Shown: positions 1 through 10,170, counted from the first letter of the stretch. The stretch is 64,000 nucleotides of DNA from Terrimicrobiaceae bacterium (GCA_041752695.1 JBGSVZ010000038.1:1-64000); one strand, 5' to 3'. The notes: a model not told the origin generated them from the letters alone. Numbers and translations are program-made.

Positions 1-191
1 CCGGTTTCCTTGCCTTGGAGGACGGCCTTCGGGCCTTTTTCATAGACAGCAATCGTGAGCTTCCCTTTTTTTCCGAAACCCAGCGTGTAGGGGCGTTCTT
101 CAAAATCGAAGCCCTCACGCTTCATGAGTTGCAGCAGAGAGGAAGCTTGTTCCTGGGTGAGGGGGGTGGTGTAAATGGACGGGTTGGGCAC
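1..191 (-). CDS. rnhC: Ribonuclease HIII, N-terminal part (truncated by window edge)
   Basis: Not in ORF track. Manual minus-strand translation from GTG 191 gives MPNPSIYTTPLTQEQASSLLQLMKREGFDFEERPYTLGFGKKGKLTIAVYEKGPKAVLQGKET, open to base 1. It resembles the TBP-like N-terminal domain of RNase HIII (PY..F..K...++.Y..G.K.V+QGK). Confidence 0.72.
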   Translation of the reverse strand, partial: MPNPSIYTTPLTQEQASSLLQLMKREGFDFEERPYTLGFGKKGKLTIAVYEKGPKAVLQGKET

Positions 192-192
192 G

Positions 193-1194
193 ATGAATAA
201 GAACACCTTCCCTGCCGCGAGGCTACGCAAAAAACTTGGGGACTGGTTTCGACGTGACTCGCGGGACCTGCCATGGCGGCGGACCACTGATCCCTACGCC
301 ATCGCAGTCTCCGAGATGATGCTTCAGCAGACGACGGTGGTGGCTGTGATTCCTTACTTTGAGCGCTGGATGGACCGATTCCCAACGGTCAGGGCCCTCG
401 CGGAGGCGCCCATCGAGGCGGTCTTTGCTTCTTGGCAGGGGCTGGGCTATTACAGCCGGGCCAAAAATTTGCACCTCACGGCACAGGAAATTTGTCTGAA
501 CCATGATGGAATATTTCCCCGCGATCCGGAGAATTTACAGAAACTCCCCGGGTTTGGACCTTACACAGCCGGTGCGGTGGCTGCCTTTGCGTTCGATGTT
601 CCCTCCGTGGTTATTGATGCCAACATTGCTCGCGTGTTGGCCCGGTTGGGAAATATCCGTGAGGCGATTGATAAATCGATCGGTCGGCGGAAGTTGGAGG
701 AAATTGCCGAAACCCTGCTGCCCAAAAGGAAAGGTGGGCGCTTGCACACGGGGGCGCTGATGGAGTTGGGAGCCCTGATTTGTCGAAGTGGCATGCCCCG
801 CTGCGATCTCTGTCCAGCTCGCGAGTTCTGTATGGCGGAAACGCCTGAAACCCTGCCCGTCAAAGCAGCCAGAAAACCTGTCGAGCGGGTCACCGAGCGA
901 CGGGGATTGTTTCTTCGTGGCCAATCCGTGGCGCTCGTCGCATCGGAAGGGCCCCGCTGGAAGGGGCTCTGGATTTTGCCGGAGGGAGGGCCGGATGATG
1001 GAATTCTGCACGTCGAGAAATACCCCATCACCCGCTATCTCGTCCGCATGGAGGTTGTCGAGTTGTCCCAGGTTCCCCAGAAGGCCAAATTTTTTCCCCT
1101 AAAAAATCTTCCCGCCATGCCGTCACCTCATGCAAGGGCAGTTGCAGCAGCGGTCAGATGCAGTCATAGTGGTTCCTGTGTTATTGAAGACTGA
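193..1194 (+). CDS. mutY: A/G-specific adenine glycosylase
   Basis: [25 protein letters not shown], Hh[10 protein letters not shown], Fe-S motif [20 protein letters not shown] 193 preferred to 175. Confidence 0.95.
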   Translation: MNKNTFPAARLRKKLGDWFRRDSRDLPWRRTTDPYAIAVSEMMLQQTTVVAVIPYFERWMDRFPTVRALAEAPIEAVFASWQGLGYYSRAKNLHLTAQEICLNHDGIFPRDPENLQKLPGFGPYTAGAVAAFAFDVPSVVIDANIARVLARLGNIREAIDKSIGRRKLEEIAETLLPKRKGGRLHTGALMELGALICRSGMPRCDLCPAREFCMAETPETLPVKAARKPVERVTERRGLFLRGQSVALVASEGPRWKGLWILPEGGPDDGILHVEKYPITRYLVRMEVVELSQVPQKAKFFPLKNLPAMPSPHARAVAAAVRCSHSGSCVIED

Positions 1195-2413
1195 TATCCC
1201 TGCCGTTTCACCAGACGTTTCGTCAGCCAGCCTTCCAGATGCCGGAGGGCACTTTGGGCGGTTTGGAGGAAAGTTTGTGCCGGAAACTCTCGTCAGCGCC
1301 CTGGACGAGCTCGAACGTGAATTTGCTCTCGCAAAAAAAGATCCGGCTTTCCGTCAGGAATATTCATCATTGTTGGCAAATTTCTGTGGCCGCCCCACAC
1401 CGCTCTATTTTGCGGAACGGCTCACGTCCGAACTCGGTGGCGCAAAAATTTACCTGAAGCGCGAGGACCTTCTCCACACGGGCGCTCACAAAATCAACAA
1501 CGCGGTTGGCCAGGCGATTCTTGCCCGTCGAATGGGAAAAACCCGGGTGATCGCTGAGACCGGTGCGGGCCAGCATGGGGTTGCCACGGCCACCGTTGCC
1601 GCGAGGTTCGGGTTGAAGTGTGTGATATATATGGGGGCGGTGGATATGGAGCGTCAGGCCCTGAATGTTTCGCGGATGCGATTCCTTGGGGCCGAGGTCG
1701 TGGCCGTCACAGCCGGCCAAGCCACACTCAAAGAAGCCATCAATGAGGCCATGCGCGATTGGGTCACCAATGTTCGCAGCACCCATTATGTGTTGGGTAC
1801 GGCCTATGGGTCGCATCCATATCCGATGATGGTTCGTGATTTTCACCGGGTCATTGGAGACGAGGCCCGTGGTCAGATGCTTCAGCGTGAGGAACGTCTT
1901 CCCGATCTGCTCGTCGCCTGTGTGGGCGGCGGCAGCAATGCCATCGGTTTATTTTATCCGTTCCTGCAGGATGAGTCCGTGCGGATGGTTGGTGTGGAGG
2001 CCGGCGGGTTGGGCATCGAGCGGGGGAAACATGCGGCCAGATTTCAAGGCGGGCGCCTGGGCGTCTTGCAAGGAGCCAAAACCTGGCTTCTAGCCGATGA
2101 GGATGGCCAGATCGAGTTGACTCACTCCGTTTCAGCCGGACTCGACTACGCGGCCGTTGGCCCCGAGCATTGTTACCTTCGGGAGATTGGCCGGGTGCAG
2201 TATGACTATGCCACGGACCCCGAGGCCTTGAATGCCTTTCGCACGCTGGCCGAGGTGGAGGGAATCATCCCCGCCCTCGAAAGTGCTCATGCCGTGGCTT
2301 TTGCCATCAAAACTGCCCCTCAAATGAAAAAAACCGACATCATGCTCATCAACCTTTCTGGAAGGGGCGACAAAGACGTTGCTCAAGCCGCAGAATTTCT
2401 TTTGAAAGAATGA
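1178..2413 (+). CDS. trpB: Tryptophan synthase beta chain
   Basis: [52 protein letters not shown]. Start uncertain (ORF open from 1130). Confidence 0.96.
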   Translation: MLLKTDIPAVSPDVSSASLPDAGGHFGRFGGKFVPETLVSALDELEREFALAKKDPAFRQEYSSLLANFCGRPTPLYFAERLTSELGGAKIYLKREDLLHTGAHKINNAVGQAILARRMGKTRVIAETGAGQHGVATATVAARFGLKCVIYMGAVDMERQALNVSRMRFLGAEVVAVTAGQATLKEAINEAMRDWVTNVRSTHYVLGTAYGSHPYPMMVRDFHRVIGDEARGQMLQREERLPDLLVACVGGGSNAIGLFYPFLQDESVRMVGVEAGGLGIERGKHAARFQGGRLGVLQGAKTWLLADEDGQIELTHSVSAGLDYAAVGPEHCYLREIGRVQYDYATDPEALNAFRTLAEVEGIIPALESAHAVAFAIKTAPQMKKTDIMLINLSGRGDKDVAQAAEFLLKE

Positions 2414-3168
2414 TCCCTCTGCCCGATCTTGCGACCTACCTGGACAGCGCGCTCCGTTTGGCCGATTTTGAGGATTACCCCAATGCCCTCAATGGACTTC
2501 AATTGGAAAATGGCGGAGAAATCAACAAGGTGGCTGCGGCGGTGGATGCGTGCGAAGCGACCATTTCTGCGGCTGTCGATGCCGGGGCGGATCTGCTTTT
2601 GGTTCATCACGGGTTGTTTTGGGGCGGTCTTGCGCCGGTAACCGGGGCCACCTACCGGAAGATGCGGCTTGCCATTGAAAATGGGCTGGCAATTTACAGT
2701 GCCCACCTTCCGCTTGATGCGCACCCCGAGGTTGGCAACAACGTGCTGTTTTGTGAGGCCCTCAATTTGAAGCACCAACGTGAGCCGTTTTTCCAGGTGA
2801 AAGGTCGGCCGATCGGAATTCGAGTGGAAGAAAAAATCAACCGGGAGGTGCTTCACCACCGCATTGAAGTTGAGGTTGGAGGCCGGGTGATCCTGGCACC
2901 AGGCGGCCCTGTGAGCACGGGCCACATTGGGATTGTGACCGGCGGGGCCGGTGCCGATCTCGCCAAGGCGGCGGCGGAGGGTGTTGATACCTTCATCACC
3001 GGCGAGGCTCCCCACTGGTGTTACTCAGCAGCCGAAGAGCTTGGCATCAATCTTTTCCTTGCGGGTCATTATGCCACCGAGATTTACGGCGTCAAAGCCC
3101 TTGGCGAACACATTGGCCAGCGTTTTCACGTCGACTACGAATTTATCGACCATCCCTCCGGGCTTTAA
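2410..3168 (+). CDS. Nif3-like dinuclear metal centre protein
   Basis: [35 protein letters not shown] overlap with trpB. Confidence 0.92.
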   Translation: MIPLPDLATYLDSALRLADFEDYPNALNGLQLENGGEINKVAAAVDACEATISAAVDAGADLLLVHHGLFWGGLAPVTGATYRKMRLAIENGLAIYSAHLPLDAHPEVGNNVLFCEALNLKHQREPFFQVKGRPIGIRVEEKINREVLHHRIEVEVGGRVILAPGGPVSTGHIGIVTGGAGADLAKAAAEGVDTFITGEAPHWCYSAAEELGINLFLAGHYATEIYGVKALGEHIGQRFHVDYEFIDHPSGL

Positions 3169-3181
3169 TCCAACCTGCGTC

Positions 3182-3655
3182 CTAGAGATTTTTCAGGAAG
3201 CTTTTTAGCATCCAGAGCGTCTTTTGATGAGCTTTGATGCGGGCAATGGCCAGATCCTGGGTTTCGAGGTCTCCGGATTCTTCCGAAACATGACGGAGGT
3301 CGAGTGCTTCCTGCACAACGATCTCATGGCCATCAATCAAGTGGGCGACAAAGTCTTTGGAGGGAGTGGCTTCGGCTGAAAGTTCGGGGATCCGGGACGC
3401 TTTGGCCAGAGCGGTCAGTCCACCCGGAGCAAGGGCATCAAGGGCGCGAATGCGTTCGGCAACTTCATCCACAGCGATGAACAGTTCTTCGTACTGGGCC
3501 TGAAAGGCTGCATGGAGTTGGAAAAAGCTCGGTCCTTCCACATTCCAGTGGGCGAGATGGGTCTGAGCCAAAAGTGAGTAAGAATTTGCGAGGAGGCTGG
3601 AGAGGCCGGCGATCACAGGGGATTTAACAGTGGACGAGACGGTTTGAGTTGCCAT
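3182..3655 (-). CDS. dps: Dps family DNA-protection/mini-ferritin (copy A)
   Basis: HWNVEGPSFFQLH, DEVAERIRAL, HQKTLWML; 157 aa from ATG 3655. Confidence 0.95.
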   Translation of the reverse strand: MATQTVSSTVKSPVIAGLSSLLANSYSLLAQTHLAHWNVEGPSFFQLHAAFQAQYEELFIAVDEVAERIRALDALAPGGLTALAKASRIPELSAEATPSKDFVAHLIDGHEIVVQEALDLRHVSEESGDLETQDLAIARIKAHQKTLWMLKSFLKNL

Positions 3656-3678
3656 AGGTAATTTTTGGTTGAGTTTGT

Positions 3679-3707
3679 AACCTAACCTCGATGAGTCACC
3701 CATGCAA
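3679..3707 (-). promoter_or_regulatory. Putative sigma70-type promoter of dps copy A
   Basis: TTGCAT-N17-TAGGTT on minus strand; same geometry upstream of dps copy B. Confidence 0.5.
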
Positions 3708-3733
3708 CTCTGCGCTCAAAAGAGACCACTCAA

Positions 3734-3946
3734 ATGGCAAAAACACTCTGCGATTGGACAAAAAAGGATTTTCAAAAAAGGGAGGAAGAACTCATAAAAA
3801 TCCTTCAAGATCCAAAATTTTTCTGCCGCCGATGTGGTAGGGCAGCTTCCTCCTCCAAATTTTTGTGCAAACCCAAAAAACTGCCCGCGATGGCGAGTGA
3901 TGGCATTTCATCTTCCCTGAACGCTTTTCCGGAAGCTGCGAAATAG
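3734..3946 (+). CDS. Small basic four-cysteine protein (copy A), divergent from dps
   Basis: C-x24-C-x2-C-x10-C; paralogue at 16626-16808 supports coding status. Confidence 0.82.
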   Translation: MAKTLCDWTKKDFQKREEELIKILQDPKFFCRRCGRAASSSKFLCKPKKLPAMASDGISSSLNAFPEAAK

Positions 3947-4123
3947 TCAGGCCAATACCCCATTGAGCTCATGTCGAACGAATGCCAAACTGGGCTTAAA
4001 TCTCATTCGTTAAACCAGGAACACTGAGTTAGTGTTTCTAAAGGATCGAGCAGAGGTGCCTGGCACAGGCAGACCGCATGAAAACCGTAAAAAAGCCACT
4101 TTGACAATCCTCCCAACAACGCC

Positions 4124-4801
4124 ATGAAAAAAACACACATCCTGCTTGTCGAAGATCACACTTTTGTTCGCGAAGGATTTCGAAAAATGCTCGAGCTTGA
4201 ACCCGATTTTCACATCGTTGGGGAGGCCCAGAATGGGCGGAAGGCGATTGAAGCCGCCAAGTTGCTCAGACCGGATATTGTTTTGATGGATATCGCGATG
4301 CCTGAACTCAATGGTTTGGAATCCACCCGGCAACTCCTGAAGGTTGTCCCCGGGACCAAAGTGCTGATCCTGTCGGCGCACAGCGACGACGCCTATGTGG
4401 CAAGCGCGAGCCAGTCAGGGGCTGTTGGGTTTGTGCTCAAGCAGGACTCCTCCCATGAGGTCTGTGATGCAATTCGGCGGATCATGAAAGGCGAAACCTA
4501 CTTCAGCCGTTCTGTCTCCCGGCGAATGACCCGCCTTGACCCCAAATCCCGGGGCCGGTTACCCAAATCCTCAAAAAACACGTCCAAGCTGACTTCACGG
4601 GAAATCGAAGTCCTCCAACTCATCGCCGAGGGCAAACCCAACAAACAAACCGCCGCAGATCTGGGAATCAGCATCAAAACCGTCGAAAAACATCGGGAGC
4701 ATCTCATGGAAAAACTGGATATTCATGACACCGCAGGAATCACCCGCTACGCCATCAGCACCGGGATCATCGAGAGCAGTGTCCAGGTCACCATTCTTTG
4801 A
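4124..4801 (+). CDS. NarL/LuxR family response regulator
   Basis: Receiver (VEDH, MDIAMP, FVLK) plus LuxR HTH (LTSREIEVLQLIAEGKPNKQTA..ISIKTVEKHR). Confidence 0.95.
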   Translation: MKKTHILLVEDHTFVREGFRKMLELEPDFHIVGEAQNGRKAIEAAKLLRPDIVLMDIAMPELNGLESTRQLLKVVPGTKVLILSAHSDDAYVASASQSGAVGFVLKQDSSHEVCDAIRRIMKGETYFSRSVSRRMTRLDPKSRGRLPKSSKNTSKLTSREIEVLQLIAEGKPNKQTAADLGISIKTVEKHREHLMEKLDIHDTAGITRYAISTGIIESSVQVTIL

Positions 4802-4808
4802 ATGGATC

Positions 4809-5951
4809 TTATGAACTGACCTCCCCGGGAGCCGTCCATAAAAAGGCGGGCTTCAGTTGGTGATAGGGATGGAGATTGAAGGCGGTGGTCGGAACTTTCT
4901 GAAACCAGTGCCAGCAAAGAAATTCCAGAAAGGCCTTCCAGTCCTCCAGCGCGTGTTCGTGGTCGCCCTCCCGCAGATGAAAGGCAAGATTTTCCGGGGC
5001 CCCAAGAAATCGATACACCTCCCTGGCTGCCCACACACTCTGGATCATCCCCTCGGGATTCGACCAACGGTCATTGAGCGCATAGGTGAGCAGAAGTGGT
5101 CGTGGCGCAATCGTTGCCAGCAGGCAATGCTGATCATAGGGGATGTCCTGCTCCCGGCCAAGGTAGGGGACAAGCCCCGTTCCAAACCATGAAGGGAATG
5201 CTTTCAATATCTCGAGGGTTTCTCCCCCAGCGCCAACATAACGAAAGGTCGCACTGCCTCCAGCTCCAGACGCATTATCATTGATTAGCGCGATTCGGTC
5301 ATCGGTGGCACCTGCGACAAGCACGGTTTTGCTGCCCCGGGAATGACCGGTGACGGCCAGACGCTTGGGGTCGATGAATGGAAGCGCCATCAGCAGGTCC
5401 ACACATCGGTGGTAACCCCAGGCCCACGCGGAAACAGCGCCAAATCCTTCTTCAGGATAGGCGTCCCACAAACCGCCCTTGCGTTGGTTTTTATCAGGAA
5501 CGCCTGCGTAGGCCAGGTCCTCCGCAAACTCGGTGCGGTTAAAAAGCACCAAGGCACAGCCACTCATCAGAACCCGAGCGATCACTTCATCAGAAACATA
5601 TCGCCAGCAACCATCCCCACAGATGACCGCAGGCAAGGGTTCTTCGGATTGGGGACAAATGATCTGAGCACAAAAAGAAAAAGGTATTTTCCCGCCCAGG
5701 CAGTGGACGCGATAGGAGAGAATCTTCGGTCTGCCCGGCAAATTTCTGGCTGCTCCATGACAGAGAGTTTCGATTTTGATCCCAGTGGGCTGAGGAGGCA
5801 AACCCCCATACCCCAAGTCGGCGATGAGATGACGCCAGGATTCAGCTTGGGTGGCCCATTCCCTCTTGGTCGAAACCCGATGTCCCGCCTCAGTCAGGAA
5901 CGGGTCAGGGAGCTCGCCTTGATGTCGTGAAGGTTCTGAGGAATCATTCAT
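4809..5951 (-). CDS. CE15 glucuronoyl-esterase-like alpha/beta hydrolase
   Basis: SAWAWG, GHSRGSK nucleophile motif, SGAGG, PYDQHCLLATIAPRPL, REGDH; no signal peptide. Confidence 0.75.
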   Translation of the reverse strand: MNDSSEPSRHQGELPDPFLTEAGHRVSTKREWATQAESWRHLIADLGYGGLPPQPTGIKIETLCHGAARNLPGRPKILSYRVHCLGGKIPFSFCAQIICPQSEEPLPAVICGDGCWRYVSDEVIARVLMSGCALVLFNRTEFAEDLAYAGVPDKNQRKGGLWDAYPEEGFGAVSAWAWGYHRCVDLLMALPFIDPKRLAVTGHSRGSKTVLVAGATDDRIALINDNASGAGGSATFRYVGAGGETLEILKAFPSWFGTGLVPYLGREQDIPYDQHCLLATIAPRPLLLTYALNDRWSNPEGMIQSVWAAREVYRFLGAPENLAFHLREGDHEHALEDWKAFLEFLCWHWFQKVPTTAFNLHPYHQLKPAFLWTAPGEVSS

Positions 5952-6153
5952 CGGGACAAACTAGGAAAAGAGGGGAGTCTCTGCAAGGACAGTGCAGAAT
6001 GTCGCAATTCCCGTTGAAGGCATAGATCGGCTGGTTCTTTGCTGTCCTGTGCCATCTCAAGTCGGGACGTTTCATTGCAAATTTCGTTTGCCCATGAACC
6101 TTTGATGGCATTATTGATCGCCATCACGTTTGCTGACCCCTCTTCCCCCGGCC

Positions 6154-8031
6154 ATGAACCTTCTAACAACCCAATGCCGTCTTGAGGATTTGGTGGAGAT
6201 CGTATCCCGTTATCCCCGAAAACCTTTGCTCCCGCGGATTGGAACGAAGGACTGGAACGTCGTTGCCAAAAATTCTCTGGCCAAAAAATTGTTGGCCCCA
6301 CTCAACGAATGGTGTGCCAGAGAACGTGGCGAGCCATTACCGGAACTCACCGATGAGCTCTATGGCGACTTCCACAAAACAGGGAGGAGGCTGCCGTTTG
6401 AAAATGTGTATTTTGAGCGCCGGCGCCGGTTGGCCCGATCGGCCGTTTGGTTGCTGGTTTCTCCTTCTGAGGACCCGCTTCGCGGGAAGCACGAAGCAGA
6501 TCTCTTGGAGAAATTCCGGGATATCTTTGAGGAAGTGTCCTGGGCTCTCCCCGCTAGCACGGGTTGGAAGGACAACGATCACTCCGGGAAAGAGCCCATG
6601 ACGATTGATCTGTTCTGTGCTGAAACAGCAAACTTGATGGCTGAAATGCTGGATGTTTTTGGAGAAATTATCCCGACCGACCTCCAGGGCCGGATCCGTG
6701 AACGACTCCATCACGCCATCTTTGAGAACTACCTTCAGCAGGATTTTTTCTGGCCTGATTCTGATCACAATTGGAATGCGGTTTGCCATCAGGGCGTGGT
6801 TGGAGCAGCTCTTTCCCAAGTGGACGATCCTTTGCTTCTGGCAAAGATTCTTCATCGGATGAGTTTCAAGCTCCCGAAATTTTTGGGAGGTTTTACCGCA
6901 GATGGTGGGTGTTCTGAAGGGCCGGGTTATTGGGGGTATGGGTTTGGATGGTTTTCTGTGCTGAATGAACAGTTGGAGACCCGCACCCAGGGGGAGCTGT
7001 CCTTATTTGAAGGGAATCCGCACATCCGGGAAATCGCGCTGTATGGTCCGCGGACGGTGCTCGCCGGCGGCAACCTCGTGAATTTTTCTGACTGTGTTCC
7101 GACCGGCGGCCAGCGTCATTCGCTCCTTTATTATTTGGCGGACCGTCTTCGTGAAAAGGATTGCCTGCTCTCGGCACAGGAAAATCTTCGCCGATTGGTT
7201 TCTGAAGGGGTGGATTGGCCGGGGGAACGCACGGACGTTTTCTATCTCCTGCGAACCTTGCTGACCTGCCCGCCGGAATTACCTCCTAGCGGGTCCGAAT
7301 TGACGAGGGACAGCTTTCTGCCCGACCTCGCTGTGATGGTGGCGAGAGGTGCTGATGCTGACGGTAATCTCTGGGAGTTTGCGGCCAAAGGTGGAAACAA
7401 TGGGGAGCATCATAATCACAATGACTGCGGCAGCTTTCTGCTCAATCTGAATGGAGTTCGGGTGATTCGAGAAATCGGTGCGCCTGAATATAATAAAGCC
7501 TTTTTTGGTCCCGAGCGTTATTCGTCCCTTGAGGCCCGGTCTCTTGGGCACTCGGTGCCCTTGGTCAATGGGTTCGAGCAGCCACCGCGGTCCGAGAATG
7601 CGGCCGAGGTACTTTTGGCCACCCATGGAGATGACCGGGTCGAATATGTGTTGGACCTCACAAAGTGTTACCCTGCTGAAGCGGGATGTTTGAAATTAAT
7701 ACGAACGTTTGTGTTCGAAAAGTTGGCGGGGCGGCTCACCGTGACAGATGCGTTTGAGTTAAAGGAAGCCGGAGAATTTGAGTCCCTGATTATCTGCAGG
7801 GACCCGGTGGTGCAGCCGTCGGGTGATCTCATGATCGCGGGTTCTGAGGCCGGGGTTTTGCTCTGCCCTGACAGCACAGTTCGGCTGGCAGAAATAGAAA
7901 TGTGTGCCTTTCACGAACACAGCGGCGAGGCCGACCACATCCACCGCCTTCGATTCACGCTGAGGGAAGAACCTTGTTCCTCGGGGAGTCTGCTGCTGAC
8001 GTTTTCGCTTCCCCCAAACAGCGCATCTTAA
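6154..8031 (+). CDS. Heparinase II/III-like protein
   Basis: HNWNAVC, DGGCSEGPGYWGYG, NFSD, KGGNNGEHHNHNDCGSF, HSVPLVNG. Confidence 0.75.
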   Translation: MNLLTTQCRLEDLVEIVSRYPRKPLLPRIGTKDWNVVAKNSLAKKLLAPLNEWCARERGEPLPELTDELYGDFHKTGRRLPFENVYFERRRRLARSAVWLLVSPSEDPLRGKHEADLLEKFRDIFEEVSWALPASTGWKDNDHSGKEPMTIDLFCAETANLMAEMLDVFGEIIPTDLQGRIRERLHHAIFENYLQQDFFWPDSDHNWNAVCHQGVVGAALSQVDDPLLLAKILHRMSFKLPKFLGGFTADGGCSEGPGYWGYGFGWFSVLNEQLETRTQGELSLFEGNPHIREIALYGPRTVLAGGNLVNFSDCVPTGGQRHSLLYYLADRLREKDCLLSAQENLRRLVSEGVDWPGERTDVFYLLRTLLTCPPELPPSGSELTRDSFLPDLAVMVARGADADGNLWEFAAKGGNNGEHHNHNDCGSFLLNLNGVRVIREIGAPEYNKAFFGPERYSSLEARSLGHSVPLVNGFEQPPRSENAAEVLLATHGDDRVEYVLDLTKCYPAEAGCLKLIRTFVFEKLAGRLTVTDAFELKEAGEFESLIICRDPVVQPSGDLMIAGSEAGVLLCPDSTVRLAEIEMCAFHEHSGEADHIHRLRFTLREEPCSSGSLLLTFSLPPNSAS

Positions 8032-8068
8032 GAACATGCCGCACACCATCCCATCAGCAGATTCCCTC

Positions 8069-8120
8069 CTGATCAAGACCCGGGCGGTGCTGACGCACGC
8101 CTTGGGCTGGTCTGGATCAG
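8069..8120. terminator. Long imperfect hairpin between convergent genes
   Basis: Nested pairs CTGATC/GATCAG, AGACC/GGTCT, GTGC-tgac-GCAC. Confidence 0.4.
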
Positions 8121-8121
8121 A

Positions 8122-8565
8122 TCACAGACCCTGGGATTTTGCAGCGTTCTCGAGTTCCACTTGGAAAGCTGCAACATCGTCCTGGGTGGGGCGATAACCG
8201 GGAGTGGTGGGGTTAAGTCCAAGGCGCCCGGACTGATCCAGATACCACTCGGCTTTTTCTCCATCGGTGAATGTGACGTGTCCGCTGACAAGTGACCCCG
8301 GGCGTGTGATTTGGTCGATGGTGACCGCAATTTTGCCGGGCGCGGCAGCAGCTTCTGCCGCGTCTTTAATGGTATCGGTTGCTGGCTCGGCAGGTTTCTC
8401 CGGCTCCTTGAGCTCAAGTTTGAGGTCATCAGCGAGAAGCCGGGTGTCCAGATAGGTCAGGGAAATTCCAAGTTCCTCCCGGAGCCGTTTCTGGATTTCC
8501 GGCAGGTTGGCCCCAGCTTCTATCCAACGTAAAATCGTCGCCTTTTGCTCTTCAGAGATGGTCAT
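8122..8565 (-). CDS. Hypothetical protein
   Basis: Protein-like ORF MTISEEQKATILRW...WYLDQSGRLGL; ATG 8565 with GGAG upstream. Confidence 0.75.
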   Translation of the reverse strand: MTISEEQKATILRWIEAGANLPEIQKRLREELGISLTYLDTRLLADDLKLELKEPEKPAEPATDTIKDAAEAAAAPGKIAVTIDQITRPGSLVSGHVTFTDGEKAEWYLDQSGRLGLNPTTPGYRPTQDDVAAFQVELENAAKSQGL

Positions 8566-8611
8566 CCTGTTACTCCTATCCGGTTTTGGTGGGAACCGGA
8601 AGGGGCTTTTT

Positions 8612-8884
8612 CTAACCTCCTGCGATGGCTGGAATGATGCTGATCTCGTCCGTGTCTTTGACGGGTGTCGCATTTTCTTGAAGGAAGCGGATATCCTCAT
8701 CGTTGAGGAAGACATTCACGAAGCGTCGGACGGTGCCTTGTTCGTCGTAAATGCGCTCGCCGATGCCGGGGTAGGTGACATCGAGGTTCTTGAGGACATC
8801 ACCGATGGTCTCGCCATTGGCGGCGACGACTTCCTGTTCGGAGGTCAGTTTGCGGAGTGGGGTAGGGATGCGTACGGTTGCCAT
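8612..8884 (-). CDS. MoaD/ThiS/CysO-like sulfur carrier protein
   Basis: VRIPTPLR, RRFVNVFLNDEDIR, C-terminal IPAIAGG. Confidence 0.93.
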   Translation of the reverse strand: MATVRIPTPLRKLTSEQEVVAANGETIGDVLKNLDVTYPGIGERIYDEQGTVRRFVNVFLNDEDIRFLQENATPVKDTDEISIIPAIAGG

Positions 8885-8913
8885 GGTATGGGTTTGATTG
8901 GTTAATGGTGGAA

Positions 8914-10170
8914 TCAGGCGGCGGTGAGTTCGTCTGCCAGAAGGGTTTCGAATTCTCGGAGACTTGGGTTGATGAGGCGGGGACTGCCGCAGTGACCGGT
9001 GACGGCCTCGGAGGTTTTGAGTCCGTGGCCGGTGATGCTGAGGACAATGCTTTCATCGCGCGGGATGTGACCCGAGGCGATCAGCTTTTGTGCGCAGGCG
9101 ACGGTGACGCCTCCCGCGGTCTCGGCAAAAATGCCTTCGTGCTCCGCCAGGAGTCGGATGCCAGCGATGACTTCTTCATCGGTGCAATCCTCGGCGTACC
9201 CGCCAGTGTCCTTCATGGCACGGATGGCGTAATAACCATCGGCAGGAGTCCCAATCGCAAGGGACTTCACGATGGTTTGGGGATTGGGCACGGGTTTGAC
9301 CATGTCCGTTCCCTTTTTGAGAGCGGCGCTGATCGGGGAACACCCGGCAGCTTGGGCCCCATGCACGGTGAATGGCTGTTCATCGATGAGACCCACACGC
9401 ACCAACTCGTTATAGGCCTTATGGATTTTGGTGAGGAGGGAGCCACTGGCCATGGGGATCACGGTATGACGCGGGAGTTTCCAGCCCAATTGCTCGGCAA
9501 TTTCAAACCCCTGGGTTTTGGACCCCTCGGCGTAGTAGGGGCGGAGATTAACGTTCACAAATCCCCAGCCGTATTTGCCGGCGATTTCCGAGCACAGTCG
9601 ATTTACTTGATCGTAGGGGCCGTGGATGCCGATGACATTGGTGCCGTAAACAAGTGAGCCCAGCACCTTGCTTTGTTCGAGATCCGCCGGGATAAGGACG
9701 TAGCTATGCAGACCGGCGGCGGCCGCGTTCGCCGCGACGGAGTTGGCCAGGTTGCCCGTGGAGGCGCAGGCGACAACTTTGAAACCAAGCTCGCAGGCGC
9801 GGCTGAGGGCAACGGAAACCACTCGATCCTTAAAGGACAGGGTGGGGTAGTTCACCGTGTCGTTTTTGATGTAAAGTTCGTCCACGCCGAGGACCTTGGC
9901 GAGGCGGTCCGCCTTCACCAGCGGGGTGAATCCGACCTGGGCTCCAACGGTCGGGGCGCCATCGATGGGCAGGAACTCCCGATAGCGCCACATGGTCTGC
10001 GGACGGGATTCGATGGCTTGACGACTCACGCTGGCCTTAATGGCGTCGTAGTCGTAGGCGGCTTCCAGAGGGCCGAAATCGAATTCGCAAATGTGGATGG
10101 CCTGCTTTGGATAGAGGCGTCCGCATTCACGGCATTTCAGATTGGAAAAGAATGGGCGGTCTTCGTTCAT
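8914..10170 (-). CDS. Threonine synthase-like PLP enzyme (probably sulfur-carrier dependent)
   Basis: N-terminal CRECG..CEFDFGPL, PTLSFKDR (PLP lysine), ASTGNLA, AEGSKT, ITGHGLK. Confidence 0.9.
   Translation of the reverse strand: MNEDRPFFSNLKCRECGRLYPKQAIHICEFDFGPLEAAYDYDAIKASVSRQAIESRPQTMWRYREFLPIDGAPTVGAQVGFTPLVKADRLAKVLGVDELYIKNDTVNYPTLSFKDRVVSVALSRACELGFKVVACASTGNLANSVAANAAAAGLHSYVLIPADLEQSKVLGSLVYGTNVIGIHGPYDQVNRLCSEIAGKYGWGFVNVNLRPYYAEGSKTQGFEIAEQLGWKLPRHTVIPMASGSLLTKIHKAYNELVRVGLIDEQPFTVHGAQAAGCSPISAALKKGTDMVKPVPNPQTIVKSLAIGTPADGYYAIRAMKDTGGYAEDCTDEEVIAGIRLLAEHEGIFAETAGGVTVACAQKLIASGHIPRDESIVLSITGHGLKTSEAVTGHCGSPRLINPSLREFETLLADELTAA

Noticed and set aside
1178..2413. trpB without adjacent trpA as a stand-alone TrpB2
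   Set aside because: Sequence has typical TrpB1 motifs and length; split trp genes are common.
3960..4120. Short inverted repeats (AACGAATG/CATTCGTT, AACACT/AGTGTT) as a structured RNA
   Set aside because: No recognisable riboswitch consensus; stems are short enough to be chance.
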